Shown here: positions 27,937 to 38,204 of the stretch, one piece after another
Numbering within the stretch: position 1 is the first letter of the stretch
Layout: each line of letters starts with the position of its first letter
NCBI RefSeq assembly: GCF_018698455.1
Contig: NZ_JABIOQ010000006.1
Span: forward strand, 41,514-105,513
Length of the DNA stretch: 64,000 nucleotides
Direction: 5' to 3'
Source of the DNA: Sulfurimonas sp.
GTDB taxonomy: Bacteria > Campylobacterota > Campylobacteria > Campylobacterales > Sulfurimonadaceae
Made by a program: the position numbers and the translations under genes
Notes under the pieces: model-generated
Databases searched by the model: none
Told to the model about the DNA's origin: nothing
What the model saw: the letters and a program-made list of their open reading frames with translations, nothing else

Positions 27937-29661
27937 ATGAAACCCTTATTCATCCTATTATTTATTACCCTTTCACTCTTCGCAGATAAAGTAGACTTCT
28001 CAGTTATCGTTAAAAAACCATTTAATGCTGCATTGTTTGATGTTACTGAGGACTATGACCGAACTATAACTGCTGTAGGTTTTTCAAAAGTGTTTCAAAA
28101 AGCAAACACTACTACAAATCATTCTTACTCAAATGCTTTTGACTACCTTTCAAGTCTCTCTAGCAAGCATGGTTCACAAATGCACCTTTTAAAAATAGAT
28201 AAAGATGCCAAGATAGTACTATCAAAAATGTCTTCTCTCTCGCGTTTTAATGAAGCTGTTGCTATTGTAAAAACTCCTCAAGATGGATACTTTATAGGTG
28301 GTTATACCCTTGATGGTTCCATGATGTTAATGAAACTAACTGCTAATGCAGAGCCAATTTATACAAAAATATTTGGTACGAAAAATAACGACACTATGAG
28401 TAATCTTTTACTTTTAAGAGATGGTGGGGTTCTCGCTATTGGTTCTTCTGTTACATCGCGTTCTTCTTCTGATGCAATATTTAAAACAGGACTTGGAGGA
28501 AGTGATATTTCACTTACAAAATTTACTAAAGACGGAAGACAACTCTGGAGTAAAAAGTATGGTACTCAAAATGATGACAAAGGTATTGATATAGTTGAAT
28601 CTCGAGATGGCTCACTTATGGTTCTTAGTAGTACTTCATATGAGAACAAGAGAGATGTGAGTTTTATGCGTTTAGATGAAAATGGAAATAAACTATGGAT
28701 TAAATATTATGGGTCACAATTACAAAGTGATGATACATTTATACCAAAAAAGATCATCAAACTAAAAGATAATAATTTTTTAGTTTCACTTGCACAATAC
28801 AACCATATGAGACAAGAGCATATTCGCTTAGTTAAATTTGATATATATCAAAATATACTTATAGATAAAGAGATATTTACTACTTACCCTAGTGCTATAA
28901 ATGATTTACAAGAGTTTACAGATAGTACTATCATGGCTGTTGGTTATGTAAAAGACATTCAAAATAGTGATGCTCTAGCAATGGTACTGAGTGCAAACTT
29001 AGTACTTCTAAACCAAGAACACTACGGTGATGAGAGTTATGATTCTTTTAATGCTCTTAGTATCCTCCATAACTCTCAAGTTGCAGTTGCAGGACTACAT
29101 ACAGACAACAAATCTCAAGAGTCAAATATGTGGGTTACAAAATTAAACTCTGATGCTACTATACTAGAAGTAAAACCTAGCAATAAAAAGATACTGCCTC
29201 AACTGAAAAAAGTCTTTAATAAAGAAATTTCTTCAAATACCCTCACAATAGATAAAGACCTCATCTTAAACCTAAATAATGAAAAACTTTATTTCTCAGT
29301 TGGTGCATATAAACTTTCCAAAGCACAAAAAAAGTTTCTAGATACATTTAGTGCAAAACTTATACCATTTTTACAAAAGAATAAGGACCATATTAAAAGC
29401 TTAGAAATAAATGGACATACATCTAGCGAGTGGGCGAAAACTAATTTTGAAGATGGATATCTTAAAAATGAAAAGCTTTCTTTTAATCGTTCATTTTCTG
29501 TACTGAGTTATATATTTAAGTCACAAAATAAAAATGAGCAAAAACTGTTAAGTAAAATTATAAAGGGAAGTGGTTTTAATTATTCTAAAAATGTAATGAA
29601 GAAAATGGAAGAAGATAAAAGCAACTCACGAAGAGTTACTTTTAAGATTGTTTTGAAGTAG
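27937..29661 (+). CDS. secreted protein with a repeat-rich N-terminal region and a C-terminal OmpA-like peptidoglycan-binding domain
   Basis: Signal peptide MKPLFILLFITLSLFA. Recurrent G(G/S)xxxDxxLxK(L/F)xxxG motifs suggest beta-propeller-like repeats. C-terminal INGHTSSEW...LSFNRSFSV...NSRRVTFKIV resembles an OmpA_C domain. Confidence 0.55.
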   Translation: MKPLFILLFITLSLFADKVDFSVIVKKPFNAALFDVTEDYDRTITAVGFSKVFQKANTTTNHSYSNAFDYLSSLSSKHGSQMHLLKIDKDAKIVLSKMSSLSRFNEAVAIVKTPQDGYFIGGYTLDGSMMLMKLTANAEPIYTKIFGTKNNDTMSNLLLLRDGGVLAIGSSVTSRSSSDAIFKTGLGGSDISLTKFTKDGRQLWSKKYGTQNDDKGIDIVESRDGSLMVLSSTSYENKRDVSFMRLDENGNKLWIKYYGSQLQSDDTFIPKKIIKLKDNNFLVSLAQYNHMRQEHIRLVKFDIYQNILIDKEIFTTYPSAINDLQEFTDSTIMAVGYVKDIQNSDALAMVLSANLVLLNQEHYGDESYDSFNALSILHNSQVAVAGLHTDNKSQESNMWVTKLNSDATILEVKPSNKKILPQLKKVFNKEISSNTLTIDKDLILNLNNEKLYFSVGAYKLSKAQKKFLDTFSAKLIPFLQKNKDHIKSLEINGHTSSEWAKTNFEDGYLKNEKLSFNRSFSVLSYIFKSQNKNEQKLLSKIIKGSGFNYSKNVMKKMEEDKSNSRRVTFKIVLK

Positions 29662-29681
29662 TTGTGCTAAACCCTAAGGGA

Positions 29682-30020
29682 TTAACCACAAGATGGTACT
29701 TCACCATCAGAAGCAAATTTCCAAACGAAATCATATAGATTTTTAATGTCTTTTTCTTTCATTTTGCTAATTTTCTTAGCACCACTTGGACAGATTGTTT
29801 TCCACTCATCAAGAAGCTTTCCACTATCATTAATTGCGGCCCATTCTTTACGTGCATGCTTAGTAGCGAAAACAGCACCGTTCTTAAGTCCGTCTTTTTT
29901 ACAAACTTTTAGTTTTTTAAGGTAATACTTTTGACCTTTTTTAGCTTCAGCCATTGCACTTGTAGTCAATACTGATCCAGCAACCATTGCTGCTAATAAT
30001 AGTGATGTCGTTTTTTTCAT
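29682..30020 (-). CDS. small periplasmic protein, three Cys, function unknown
   Basis: Signal peptide MKKTTSLLLAAMVAGSVLTTSAMA. Lys-rich mature part with no CxxCH heme motif. Family not recognised with confidence. Confidence 0.5.
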   Translation of the reverse strand: MKKTTSLLLAAMVAGSVLTTSAMAEAKKGQKYYLKKLKVCKKDGLKNGAVFATKHARKEWAAINDSGKLLDEWKTICPSGAKKISKMKEKDIKNLYDFVWKFASDGEVPSCG

Positions 30021-30112
30021 TTTTGTTCCTTGTATCTGAATTAGTCTGCCATAATGTTACAGTCTCTTAGATAAAGAGTAGGTTAATCTAAGAAATTTGA
30101 AAATATTTCTAA

Positions 30113-30427
30113 TTATCTTTCTCTTGAAGATTCACGAAAGTCGAGTCTTACTTTGTCTTGTTTAAGCTTTTTGTAGAGTTTAAACTTTGCCTTTTCTAAA
30201 TCTGCATCTTCATAAGAAAACTCTTTTTTCAAAGCTTTCTCAGTACTGTTTGCACAATCCATAGCAAAAAGTTTTAATTCTTTTTTTGTAAGTTTTGCCT
30301 TAAGAACAGTGTAAAGTTCATTATCTTCTACTATTAGGTCTACTTCATCTATAGAACAAAACTCTGCTATGTAAGTTCTAAAACTATTATCTTTGTGGTA
30401 CTGTCTCCAGACTGTGTTATCTAACAT
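30113..30427 (-). CDS. hypothetical protein
   Basis: 104-aa charged protein. Its start abuts the serB stop (30427/30428), implying co-transcription. No motif recognised. Confidence 0.4.
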   Translation of the reverse strand: MLDNTVWRQYHKDNSFRTYIAEFCSIDEVDLIVEDNELYTVLKAKLTKKELKLFAMDCANSTEKALKKEFSYEDADLEKAKFKLYKKLKQDKVRLDFRESSRER

Positions 30428-31051
30428 TTATATCTTCTCCAATATTTGAGTCAAATCTTTCTCTTTTATGATTATATTTGCCTCTTTTTCTAAAATCTCT
30501 CTTGCACAAAATGCCACTCTAATTCCCGCATGAGCAAACATACTCAAGTCATTTGCACCATCTCCACATACTAAAGTTTCTTGCTCAGTCACTCCTAGTA
30601 TGTTTTGTAGACGCTCTAGCATATCGCCTTTTGAGTGAGAGAACATCATGTCTCCACCAACAAGCCCTGTTAAAACGCCATCTTTCTCATGTAAAACATT
30701 TGAAAAATCTGCATCATAACCTAAGATACTTTTTGCATGTCCTGTTGCGGTTCTAAAACCACCAGAAAAACAGACTACCGTTAAACCTCTGCGTTTAAGT
30801 TCCGCTATCGTCTCAACAGCACCTGGCATATAAGGTAAGTTTTGACTTATCTTCTCTACCACAGAAAAATCAAGACCTTTTAAAAGCCCTACTCTCTGCT
30901 GTAGTGACTCAAAAAAATCAAGTCTTCCACTCATAGCTTCTTCTGTTATTTTAGCTACTGCTTCACCGATTCCCAGCTCATTGGCAAAAAAATCGATAGT
31001 TTCCCCATCCATAAGTGTAGAATCGAAGTCAAATACTGCAAGTTTTAACAT
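30428..31051 (-). CDS. serB: phosphoserine phosphatase (HAD-IB)
   Basis: HAD motifs DFDSTLMDGETID, SGGF and GDGANDL. 207 aa. Confidence 0.85.
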   Translation of the reverse strand: MLKLAVFDFDSTLMDGETIDFFANELGIGEAVAKITEEAMSGRLDFFESLQQRVGLLKGLDFSVVEKISQNLPYMPGAVETIAELKRRGLTVVCFSGGFRTATGHAKSILGYDADFSNVLHEKDGVLTGLVGGDMMFSHSKGDMLERLQNILGVTEQETLVCGDGANDLSMFAHAGIRVAFCAREILEKEANIIIKEKDLTQILEKI

Positions 31052-31107
31052 ATAAAATACTCTCTTTTGTTATAATGCTGAAATTATAACGAAAGAGGAC
31101 TTTAGAT

Positions 31108-32019
31108 TTGTTTGACACACTCATAGATAAACTAAATAACGGTACATTGATTACACTTGAGACTACTCCTGGTCACTCTCCTGTTTTTGCTCCTATTATC
31201 CAAAAGATTGCAGAGTTAGGACTAGACAAGCATGTTGACGGTTTTTCTACAACAGACAACCCTCTTGCAAAACTAAAGTACAATGCTCTTTTCGCTGCAA
31301 AAATGCTTCAAGATAGATTTCACAAACCTGTCATTGCAACAATGAGTATGAGAGATAGAAACAAGATAGCCCTTCAGTCAGACCTACTTGGCGCTAACGA
31401 AGTAGATATCCGAGCAATACTTGCACTCACTGGTGATCCAGCAAACATGAGTGACCAACCACATACAAAAGGTGTTTTTGAAGGTGATAGTTCACTTTTA
31501 CTTCAAATGATCTCTGCGTTTAACTCAGGAATGAACTATGCCGGTAAGCCTTTAGCAGTCGCACCCCAAACGATTTATCCTTTTGCTGTTGTAAACTCTT
31601 ATGCAAAAAATCCTAAAACACTTCAAAAGAAGATCCAAAAGAAAATAAAAAACGGGGCATTAGGAATCGTTACTCAGCCAGTTTATGACATGGAAAGTGC
31701 AAAGATTTTACTTGAGATGAAAGAAAATGCAAACAAAGAGTGTTGCCCTGAGCAAAAGAAAGGTGAACTCATCTTTGGTGTCTTCCCAATAACTAAACTC
31801 AGAACTGCTCAGTTTTTATCCGCTCATGTTCCAGGAATAAATGTTCCTGACATTTGGATAGAAAAACTTCGTCTTGCACATGAAAAAGGTCCAGAAGAAG
31901 AATATAAAGTTGGTTTTGAACTTAGTAAAAAAATCTTTGAAGACCTAAAAGAACTCCACCCAAAAATACATCTTATGACAGCAAACCAATTTCAAGTTGC
32001 CAAAGACATACTCACATAA
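31108..32019 (+). CDS. metF: methylenetetrahydrofolate reductase-like protein
   Basis: MTHFR-type motifs ILALTGDP and GIVTQPVYD. Apparent TTG start at 31108. Confidence 0.65.
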   Translation: MFDTLIDKLNNGTLITLETTPGHSPVFAPIIQKIAELGLDKHVDGFSTTDNPLAKLKYNALFAAKMLQDRFHKPVIATMSMRDRNKIALQSDLLGANEVDIRAILALTGDPANMSDQPHTKGVFEGDSSLLLQMISAFNSGMNYAGKPLAVAPQTIYPFAVVNSYAKNPKTLQKKIQKKIKNGALGIVTQPVYDMESAKILLEMKENANKECCPEQKKGELIFGVFPITKLRTAQFLSAHVPGINVPDIWIEKLRLAHEKGPEEEYKVGFELSKKIFEDLKELHPKIHLMTANQFQVAKDILT

Positions 32020-32032
32020 CTCAAGGAACAAA

Positions 32033-33283
32033 ATGATTGACTTAAAACTACTTCAAAAAGATTTCGACACACTTAGTACAAAATTAGCACGTAAAGGTGT
32101 TGATGCTTCTCTTATGCAAAACCTTCAAACAAAAAATGAAGAACTCAGAGCTGCAAAGCAGGTTTTTGAAGCTCTTCAAGCTTCACAAAATGCAATGAGT
32201 AAAGAGTTTGGTGTTTATAAACGCGAAGGTAAAGATGTATCACAACTCAAAGCTAAAGTAGACGCAAACAAGATAGAAATAACTACAGCACTTGACATCC
32301 AACGCGAGAGACAAGAAGAGTTAGAGAAAATGGCTATGGCTATACCAAATATACCTGATGATTCTGTTCCAGATGGTGCAGATGAAGAGGACAATATAGA
32401 AATAGGAAAGATTCTTACTCCTAAAGAGTTTTCTTTTACTCCAAAAGAACATTGGGAACTAGCAGAAGAAAATGGTTGGATAGACTTTGAACGCGGTGTA
32501 AAACTTGCGACTTCACGTTTTTCTGTTTCTTTTGGGATGGGTGCGAGACTTGAACGTGCACTCATAAACTTTATGCTTGACTTTAACCGTGAACGCGGCT
32601 TTGAGGAAGTCAGTGTTCCTGCTCTTGTAAATCGTGCTGCGCTAGAAGGAACAGGACAACTTCCAAAGTTTGAAGATGACCTGTACAAAATGGACGGACA
32701 AGAACTTTTTTTAATCCCTACAGCTGAAGTACCTGTAACAAATCTATACCAAGATGAGATACTTGTCTCAGATGAACTTCCAAAAAAGATGACTGCTTAT
32801 ACTTCATGTTTTAGAAAAGAAGCAGGAGCCGCAGGACGTGATACTCGTGGAATGATAAGACAACATCAGTTTCACAAGGTTGAACTTGTTGCTATAGTAA
32901 AACCCGAGGAAAATGCAAAAGTTTTTGATGAAATGGTTTCATGTGCATCAGACATTTTGACAGCTCTTGAGTTACCTCATCGTCTTGTAAACTTATGTAC
33001 TGGAGACTTAGGTTTCGGTGCGGCACATACAACAGACATAGAAGTTTGGCTACCAGGTCAAAACCAATACCGCGAGATCTCTTCAATCTCAAACACAAGA
33101 GACTTCCAAGCAAGACGAGCAAAAATCCGTTATAAAGATGGAAAGAAAAATAGCTTCGTTAATACGTTAAATGGTAGTTCTCTCGCTGTTGGTAGAACAT
33201 TAGTAGCTATTATGGAAAACAATCAAAACGAAGATGGTTCTATAGATATCCCTGACGTTTTAAAACCTTATCTTGGGATGTGA
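32033..33283 (+). CDS. serS: seryl-tRNA synthetase
   Basis: [12 protein letters not shown]-terminal coiled-coil arm and class II motifs ([25 protein letters not shown]). I place the start at the ATG at 32033 rather than the track start at 31997, which lies inside metF. Confidence 0.95.
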   Translation: MIDLKLLQKDFDTLSTKLARKGVDASLMQNLQTKNEELRAAKQVFEALQASQNAMSKEFGVYKREGKDVSQLKAKVDANKIEITTALDIQRERQEELEKMAMAIPNIPDDSVPDGADEEDNIEIGKILTPKEFSFTPKEHWELAEENGWIDFERGVKLATSRFSVSFGMGARLERALINFMLDFNRERGFEEVSVPALVNRAALEGTGQLPKFEDDLYKMDGQELFLIPTAEVPVTNLYQDEILVSDELPKKMTAYTSCFRKEAGAAGRDTRGMIRQHQFHKVELVAIVKPEENAKVFDEMVSCASDILTALELPHRLVNLCTGDLGFGAAHTTDIEVWLPGQNQYREISSISNTRDFQARRAKIRYKDGKKNSFVNTLNGSSLAVGRTLVAIMENNQNEDGSIDIPDVLKPYLGM

Positions 33284-33303
33284 TCTACTCTTTTAATACT
33301 AAA

Positions 33304-33323
33304 TAGGCAGATTCAACTGCCTA
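33304..33323 (+). terminator. weak hairpin downstream of serS
   Basis: TAGGCAG-attcaa-CTGCCTA: 7-bp stem, no adjacent T-run. Confidence 0.35.
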
Positions 33324-34059
33324 CATACTGCCACTTTTATTACTACTTTAACCCTTCAAAACACTACGAACTACAATCAACTATACTACTGTATAGTCAT
33401 TAAAATAATACACTTAAATATAACTCACAAAAAGAGACCTATTCGTTCAATGGTTCCGTTTTCCTAGAAAAGCTAGTAACTAGATTTTGAGGAGCTTTAA
33501 TGTTAGGGACTGAAGACAAATAGAAAAGACACTATCCAAGATATATTATTCTGTAGGATATAAGTAATTAATTTTCCTGTGGCAATATTCTGACTTAGTA
33601 AGACCTACTCTACAGGTTTAGTAACTATCTAGTTTACAGGAGACATTCCGTAGAGTACTTGATGATAAGGTGTTCATTTAATATATAGTTATGAGTTACT
33701 GTACTTATCCACTGGGGCCTGTACCCAATATTGCTATTTTTTATTTCTCAAATTTACTCCTTGCTTAAAGTATACTACAGCTTAAATATATGCTATAAAT
33801 TTCACTTTGTATAAAATAATTCATACCACAAGGTTTTCCAGTTCTTGTTTTTAAATAAGTCAAAAAACTCTTTTATGGTAGTTTGCTGATATAAAAAATC
33901 ATATCATTGTATATAAATTAATCATTAAATCATATTTTTTCTATATTTATTATATTAAACTATCTTCACAAAACATGGTAGAAAATTTATTCTCTCCTTG
34001 TAGTAACTTTTGTAATAACTTTACTGCCATGTTTTAATAAATCATACTTAGGATGAAAA

Positions 34060-35283
34060 ATGAAATTTTTAAAAATTAGTTTAATAGCTGCTTTAGCGCT
34101 AGGGTCAAGTGCTTATGCACTGGATAATATAAAGTTTGAAGGGGATACAAGATTCTTTTATGGAACACAGACTCAAGAGTGGAATGATTTTAACAAAGAT
34201 GCTTCTTTATTTCAAAAAGAAAGTAGTTATGCAGATGCTGCTCTTCGTTTAAATTTCACAGGTGATTTAGCTAAAGATATTAGTATGGGGGTAACTGCAC
34301 TTGCAATAACTACTCTAGGTACCGATGGAATAGCAGATGGTAGATGGTCTGGATCTCATAGTACGACAGATGATAATGTTGAAGCTTGGATTTCAGATCT
34401 ATGGATAAGTGGTACTTATGGTAAAACTACTGGTACTCTAGGTAGAATGGAACTTCAAACACCACTTATATTTACAGAAACATGGAGTATTGACACCAAC
34501 ACATTTGAAGCTGGGATGATAACAAATGAGGATATCCCTTCTACCACTATCACCGCTGCGTTTATCGGAAAATCTAATGGTTATGCAGATGACACTTCAG
34601 GTGCAAATGTTGCAAACATCACAGCTGTTGGTGGTAAGTTTGATACATTTGGATCTAATGGAGCATTAGTTTTAGGTGCAGTAAATAACTCTTTTGAGCC
34701 ACTTACCGCTCAAGCTTGGTATTATAATATGCCATCTGATGGAAGTGCTTACTGGCTTCAGACTGACTTAGAAATAGCTGGTCTATCTGCTGGTCTTCAG
34801 TATACTGATATAGGTTATGAAGCTACAGGTTCTAAAAATGACACAGCTTATGCTGCTAAACTTGGTTATACACTCAAAGATGTTGTTGCTCTTACGGCTG
34901 CATATTCAGTAGTATCTGATACTGGTACGAATGGAGTAGTAAACATGGCTACTAATGGCCAAACATCTGGAGCTGCATCTTCACTGTATACTGAAATGTG
35001 GTGGTGGTTTGGTACGGTAAGTTCAGTAGGTGCTACTTCTATGAGCTTAAGTGCTGAAGCAAGTGTGTCTGATGTAGATCTATTCTTAGGACTTTATAGT
35101 TCAGACAATAGTGTTTCTGAAAATAGTGTACAAGAAGTCGCATTAACTGCTTCAAAATCTTTTGGTTCACTAGATACATCAGTTGCATTACTTTATGACA
35201 TGTTCGATCAAGATGCTGTAAAACCAGTAGATTATGTTAATGCTATGTCTACGATACAACTTTACTTTACTTATAACTTTTAA
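34060..35283 (+). CDS. major outer membrane porin (Campylobacter MOMP/PorA-like)
   Basis: Signal peptide MKFLKISLIAALALGSSAYA. Alternating beta-strand pattern rich in G/T/Y. C-terminal ...QLYFTYNF ending in Phe. 407 aa. Confidence 0.8.
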   Translation: MKFLKISLIAALALGSSAYALDNIKFEGDTRFFYGTQTQEWNDFNKDASLFQKESSYADAALRLNFTGDLAKDISMGVTALAITTLGTDGIADGRWSGSHSTTDDNVEAWISDLWISGTYGKTTGTLGRMELQTPLIFTETWSIDTNTFEAGMITNEDIPSTTITAAFIGKSNGYADDTSGANVANITAVGGKFDTFGSNGALVLGAVNNSFEPLTAQAWYYNMPSDGSAYWLQTDLEIAGLSAGLQYTDIGYEATGSKNDTAYAAKLGYTLKDVVALTAAYSVVSDTGTNGVVNMATNGQTSGAASSLYTEMWWWFGTVSSVGATSMSLSAEASVSDVDLFLGLYSSDNSVSENSVQEVALTASKSFGSLDTSVALLYDMFDQDAVKPVDYVNAMSTIQLYFTYNF

Positions 35284-35284
35284 C

Positions 35285-35326
35285 TTTAAGGGACCAATTG
35301 GTCTCTTAAAGTCTTTTTTATTTTTG
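35285..35326 (+). terminator. rho-independent terminator of the porin gene
   Basis: TTTAAGGGACC-aatt-GGTCTCTTAAA (11-bp stem with one G-U pair) followed by GTCTTTTTTATTTTT. Confidence 0.8.
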
Positions 35327-35355
35327 CTTATACTATTGTCAGCTACATTAACAGA

Positions 35356-35523
35356 ATGAGCAATGAACCTAAAACTATAGGTGGACTCTTTAAAGATTTG
35401 GAGTGTGAACTTCAAAATTTATCTATTACTTTGCAAGCATTTATTGAAATCATGGTCAAAATAGCACAGATTGATGAGATTGTAAAGAACAATAAGGATT
35501 TTACAAGTATAATCACTACATAA
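35356..35523 (+). CDS. possible small ORF (55 aa, helical), below the ORF-track cutoff
   Basis: ATG 35356 to TAA 35521-35523 gives MSNEPKTIGGLFKDLECELQNLSITLQAFIEIMVKIAQIDEIVKNNKDFTSIITT. No obvious RBS. Confidence 0.25.
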   Translation: MSNEPKTIGGLFKDLECELQNLSITLQAFIEIMVKIAQIDEIVKNNKDFTSIITT

Positions 35524-35615
35524 CGAAGCACTACTTAAGATTTACTTGGATTTAGGTGCAAAAGTTAAGTATATAATATATTAAATTTAAAGATAAATGA
35601 ATAAGGAAGCAGTAC

Positions 35616-35948
35616 ATGGCAATAGACAATTCACTATACAATTCACTAGAGATTACATATCTTAAGATAAGAGTCTATCTAGAAAAGACTCAACTTGGAC
35701 GAGAACATTCAATGATGATAGTAAGACATGAAGAATTAGCTGACTTATTAGAAACATTTGACATCGAAGCACTTGAAGAGCAGTCAAAAGACATAAATGC
35801 ACTACATGAGCAACTTAATGCTATAAAAGAAGTATCCCAAAAGATTATCCAAGATCTTCAAGAAACTAGTGACTCTGTTTCTACAGCAAACAAAGTTGTT
35901 AGTGGTCTGGATATAATATTCTCAAAAATAGCTAGTATTATTCTCTAA
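35616..35948 (+). CDS. hypothetical helical/coiled-coil protein
   Basis: 110 aa. RBS AAGGAAG lies 6 nt before the ATG. No motif recognised. Confidence 0.45.
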   Translation: MAIDNSLYNSLEITYLKIRVYLEKTQLGREHSMMIVRHEELADLLETFDIEALEEQSKDINALHEQLNAIKEVSQKIIQDLQETSDSVSTANKVVSGLDIIFSKIASIIL

Positions 35949-36033
35949 AAAAATCAAAAGAGAGTATTTACAGTAAAAATATAAAGACAATGTTATAATC
36001 ATCTTATAAATCAAAACAAAAAAGAGAAATACA

Positions 36034-36966
36034 ATGAAACAATTATTTAAAACATTAGGCTGGACTTTTGGAATTGCGTTTCTAGCAGTAATTGCATTAG
36101 CTTTTATGGCTGTAACAAAAACAGGTTTTGCTATCGTGAATGATGGTGAAAGAGGTGTCAAAAAAAGTGGTACGACTTATGATATGACAGAGATGAATCC
36201 TGGTTATCATTTCTTTATACCCATTTACACTACAGTTGATGTCAAGACAATTCGTCCTAAGTTGATTAACTACTCAGTTTCAGAAGCGCACAAAGAAGAC
36301 TCTGAATTACTTATCTTCGAGCCAGTACTTAAGGGACTAGATAAGAAAGGTATTCCAATTAAGTTGGCTCTATCTATTGAAGTTGCTCCAGTAGCAGAGC
36401 AATTAGCTGAAATGTATAAATCAGATGGAGATTTTGACAATTCATTTTATAAAAAAGTTCTTCAAGTAAACAGAGATGCAGTACAAAGTACAATTTCAAG
36501 GTTTAGTGTAGATAGCATTATGGATAACCGATCAGCAGTTGAGAAAACTCTCACAGATTTACTTAACAAAAGTTATGCCGAAAATCCATACTTTCAGCTT
36601 GTAAATATTAACCTTAAAGACATTATTGTTCCTCAAAAAATTCGTGATAAACAAGAGGAGGTTCAAGTTGCAAAACAAGAAGCTCTTAAATCTAAAGAAT
36701 TAATTGTTAAAGCTGAAAATGAAGCTAAATCTGTTGAAGCAGCAGCTTTAGGTACGGCAAACGCAGTCAAAATTACAGCACAAGGTGAAGCTGATGCAAT
36801 CTTACTCAAAGCAACTGCTCAAGCAAAAGCAAATGAATTGGTCAGTAAATCACTTACTAGACAAATTCTTAAAAATAATGCAATCCTAAAATGGGATGGA
36901 GTTAAGTCTAAAGTTCAAGCAGGTAACTCTGGAATGATTATAGACTTAGGTGATATTTCTAAATAA
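36034..36966 (+). CDS. SPFH/band-7 (prohibitin/HflC-like) membrane protein
   Basis: N-terminal TM segment, SPFH core, and a C-terminal A/K/E-rich coiled coil (KQEALKSKELIVKAENEAKSVEAAALG...). Upstream TGTTATAAT -10 box. Confidence 0.85.
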   Translation: MKQLFKTLGWTFGIAFLAVIALAFMAVTKTGFAIVNDGERGVKKSGTTYDMTEMNPGYHFFIPIYTTVDVKTIRPKLINYSVSEAHKEDSELLIFEPVLKGLDKKGIPIKLALSIEVAPVAEQLAEMYKSDGDFDNSFYKKVLQVNRDAVQSTISRFSVDSIMDNRSAVEKTLTDLLNKSYAENPYFQLVNINLKDIIVPQKIRDKQEEVQVAKQEALKSKELIVKAENEAKSVEAAALGTANAVKITAQGEADAILLKATAQAKANELVSKSLTRQILKNNAILKWDGVKSKVQAGNSGMIIDLGDISK

Positions 36967-37055
36967 TTGGACCAATTTTAGGGATTTATATATTTTAGTT
37001 ATCAATTGTTATTTCTTTGTGCTATCATCCCTAAATATATATATAGGGATACATC

Positions 37056-38114
37056 ATGGTAACAGCTAAAGCGATATTTGAGTTTTCACGAACATTAACT
37101 GCATTATATGTAGAGGATGATGATATATTAAGAGAGGCAACCCTCTCTTTCTTTGAGCAATTTTTTGCTAAGGTTGACACTGCAGTTGACGGTCAGCAAG
37201 GGCTTGATAAGTACAATAACAATCATTATAATGTAGTTATAACAGATATCAACATGCCCAATATGAACGGTATCAATATGAGCCATCATATACACGATAT
37301 TAATCCTGACCAAAAGATACTTGTTATTTCCGCACATAATGAGTCTGACCTTCTTATAAACCTGATCAAAAATGGGGTAAGTAGTTTTATACTAAAACCT
37401 ATTAATAACGAAGATGCGTACAAAGCACTCTATTCTGTTTGTCGTGATGCTAGAACATCTCAACTCAATGAAGAACTTTTCGAAGCGCTTAGTATTCAAA
37501 CTGCAACACTAGAAAAACAGAACCTAGAGCTTAAAGCACAGATAGATGCTACATCAATTAAAAATCACCAAGTAGAAGTCCTACTAGAGGAAACTGCCCC
37601 ACCAGTTGATAAAGCGGCTAGCGAACTAATGGAAGACTACTTTAAAACTGATGAAGATGAAGGTCATGAGAATGTTCTTTTCACTTCTGATGATGCAGCT
37701 GAAATAAAGGAAACAATGGAAGAGGTCATGGAGCTAGCATCTATCTACTCTACTGATTTAAATATTAAACATTTAGAAGATCTAGGTCAATCATTTAATA
37801 AAGTGGGTTCACTTTTTTATCAGTATACACCTTTTTTAGATCCATTAGCTTCAAGTATGTGTGCTTTAGGCATTGCTATAGTAAACCATATAACTGATTT
37901 CTCCAATGTTTTCACAGATAATCAAGATGCTGTTTTTGCACTCTTTAACGCAGTCAGAATCGATATACAACTATACATTGAAAGGTTTTCAGTAGAGAGT
38001 ATGGCTATGAAGAACATACATCATATTCACCATCCAACCTCACTTAGTATTCAACAAGTTATTGGTTTAATCTCACCTGCAGAAATTGAAGAAGGTGAAA
38101 TGGAGTTCTTTTAA
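37056..38114 (+). CDS. orphan response regulator: receiver domain plus coiled coil plus uncharacterised C-terminal domain of about 170 aa
   Basis: Receiver motifs LYVEDDD, VITDINMPNMNG, VISAH and LKP. The remainder has no recognisable DNA-binding or enzymatic motif. Confidence 0.75.
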   Translation: MVTAKAIFEFSRTLTALYVEDDDILREATLSFFEQFFAKVDTAVDGQQGLDKYNNNHYNVVITDINMPNMNGINMSHHIHDINPDQKILVISAHNESDLLINLIKNGVSSFILKPINNEDAYKALYSVCRDARTSQLNEELFEALSIQTATLEKQNLELKAQIDATSIKNHQVEVLLEETAPPVDKAASELMEDYFKTDEDEGHENVLFTSDDAAEIKETMEEVMELASIYSTDLNIKHLEDLGQSFNKVGSLFYQYTPFLDPLASSMCALGIAIVNHITDFSNVFTDNQDAVFALFNAVRIDIQLYIERFSVESMAMKNIHHIHHPTSLSIQQVIGLISPAEIEEGEMEFF

Positions 38115-38204
38115 ACTCTTAAATACCTTCTATACTAGACTATTACTAAGAAAAATACTTAAAAATGAACTTCTCTCTGACTTACAGGAATTTAAAGGAT
38201 TCAA

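Noticed and set aside
33400-33730. tRNA, tmRNA or IS remnant in the long serS-porin spacer
   Set aside because: No cloverleaf-compatible arms, no terminal inverted repeats, and no transposase-like frame fragments could be read. It is kept only as an unexplained long spacer.
35188-35415. 75-aa minus-strand ORF spanning the porin 3' end and its terminator (also 35922-36161 minus, at the SPFH start)
   Set aside because: It reads through a strong rho-independent terminator and the C-terminus of a well-supported gene. No supporting signals.
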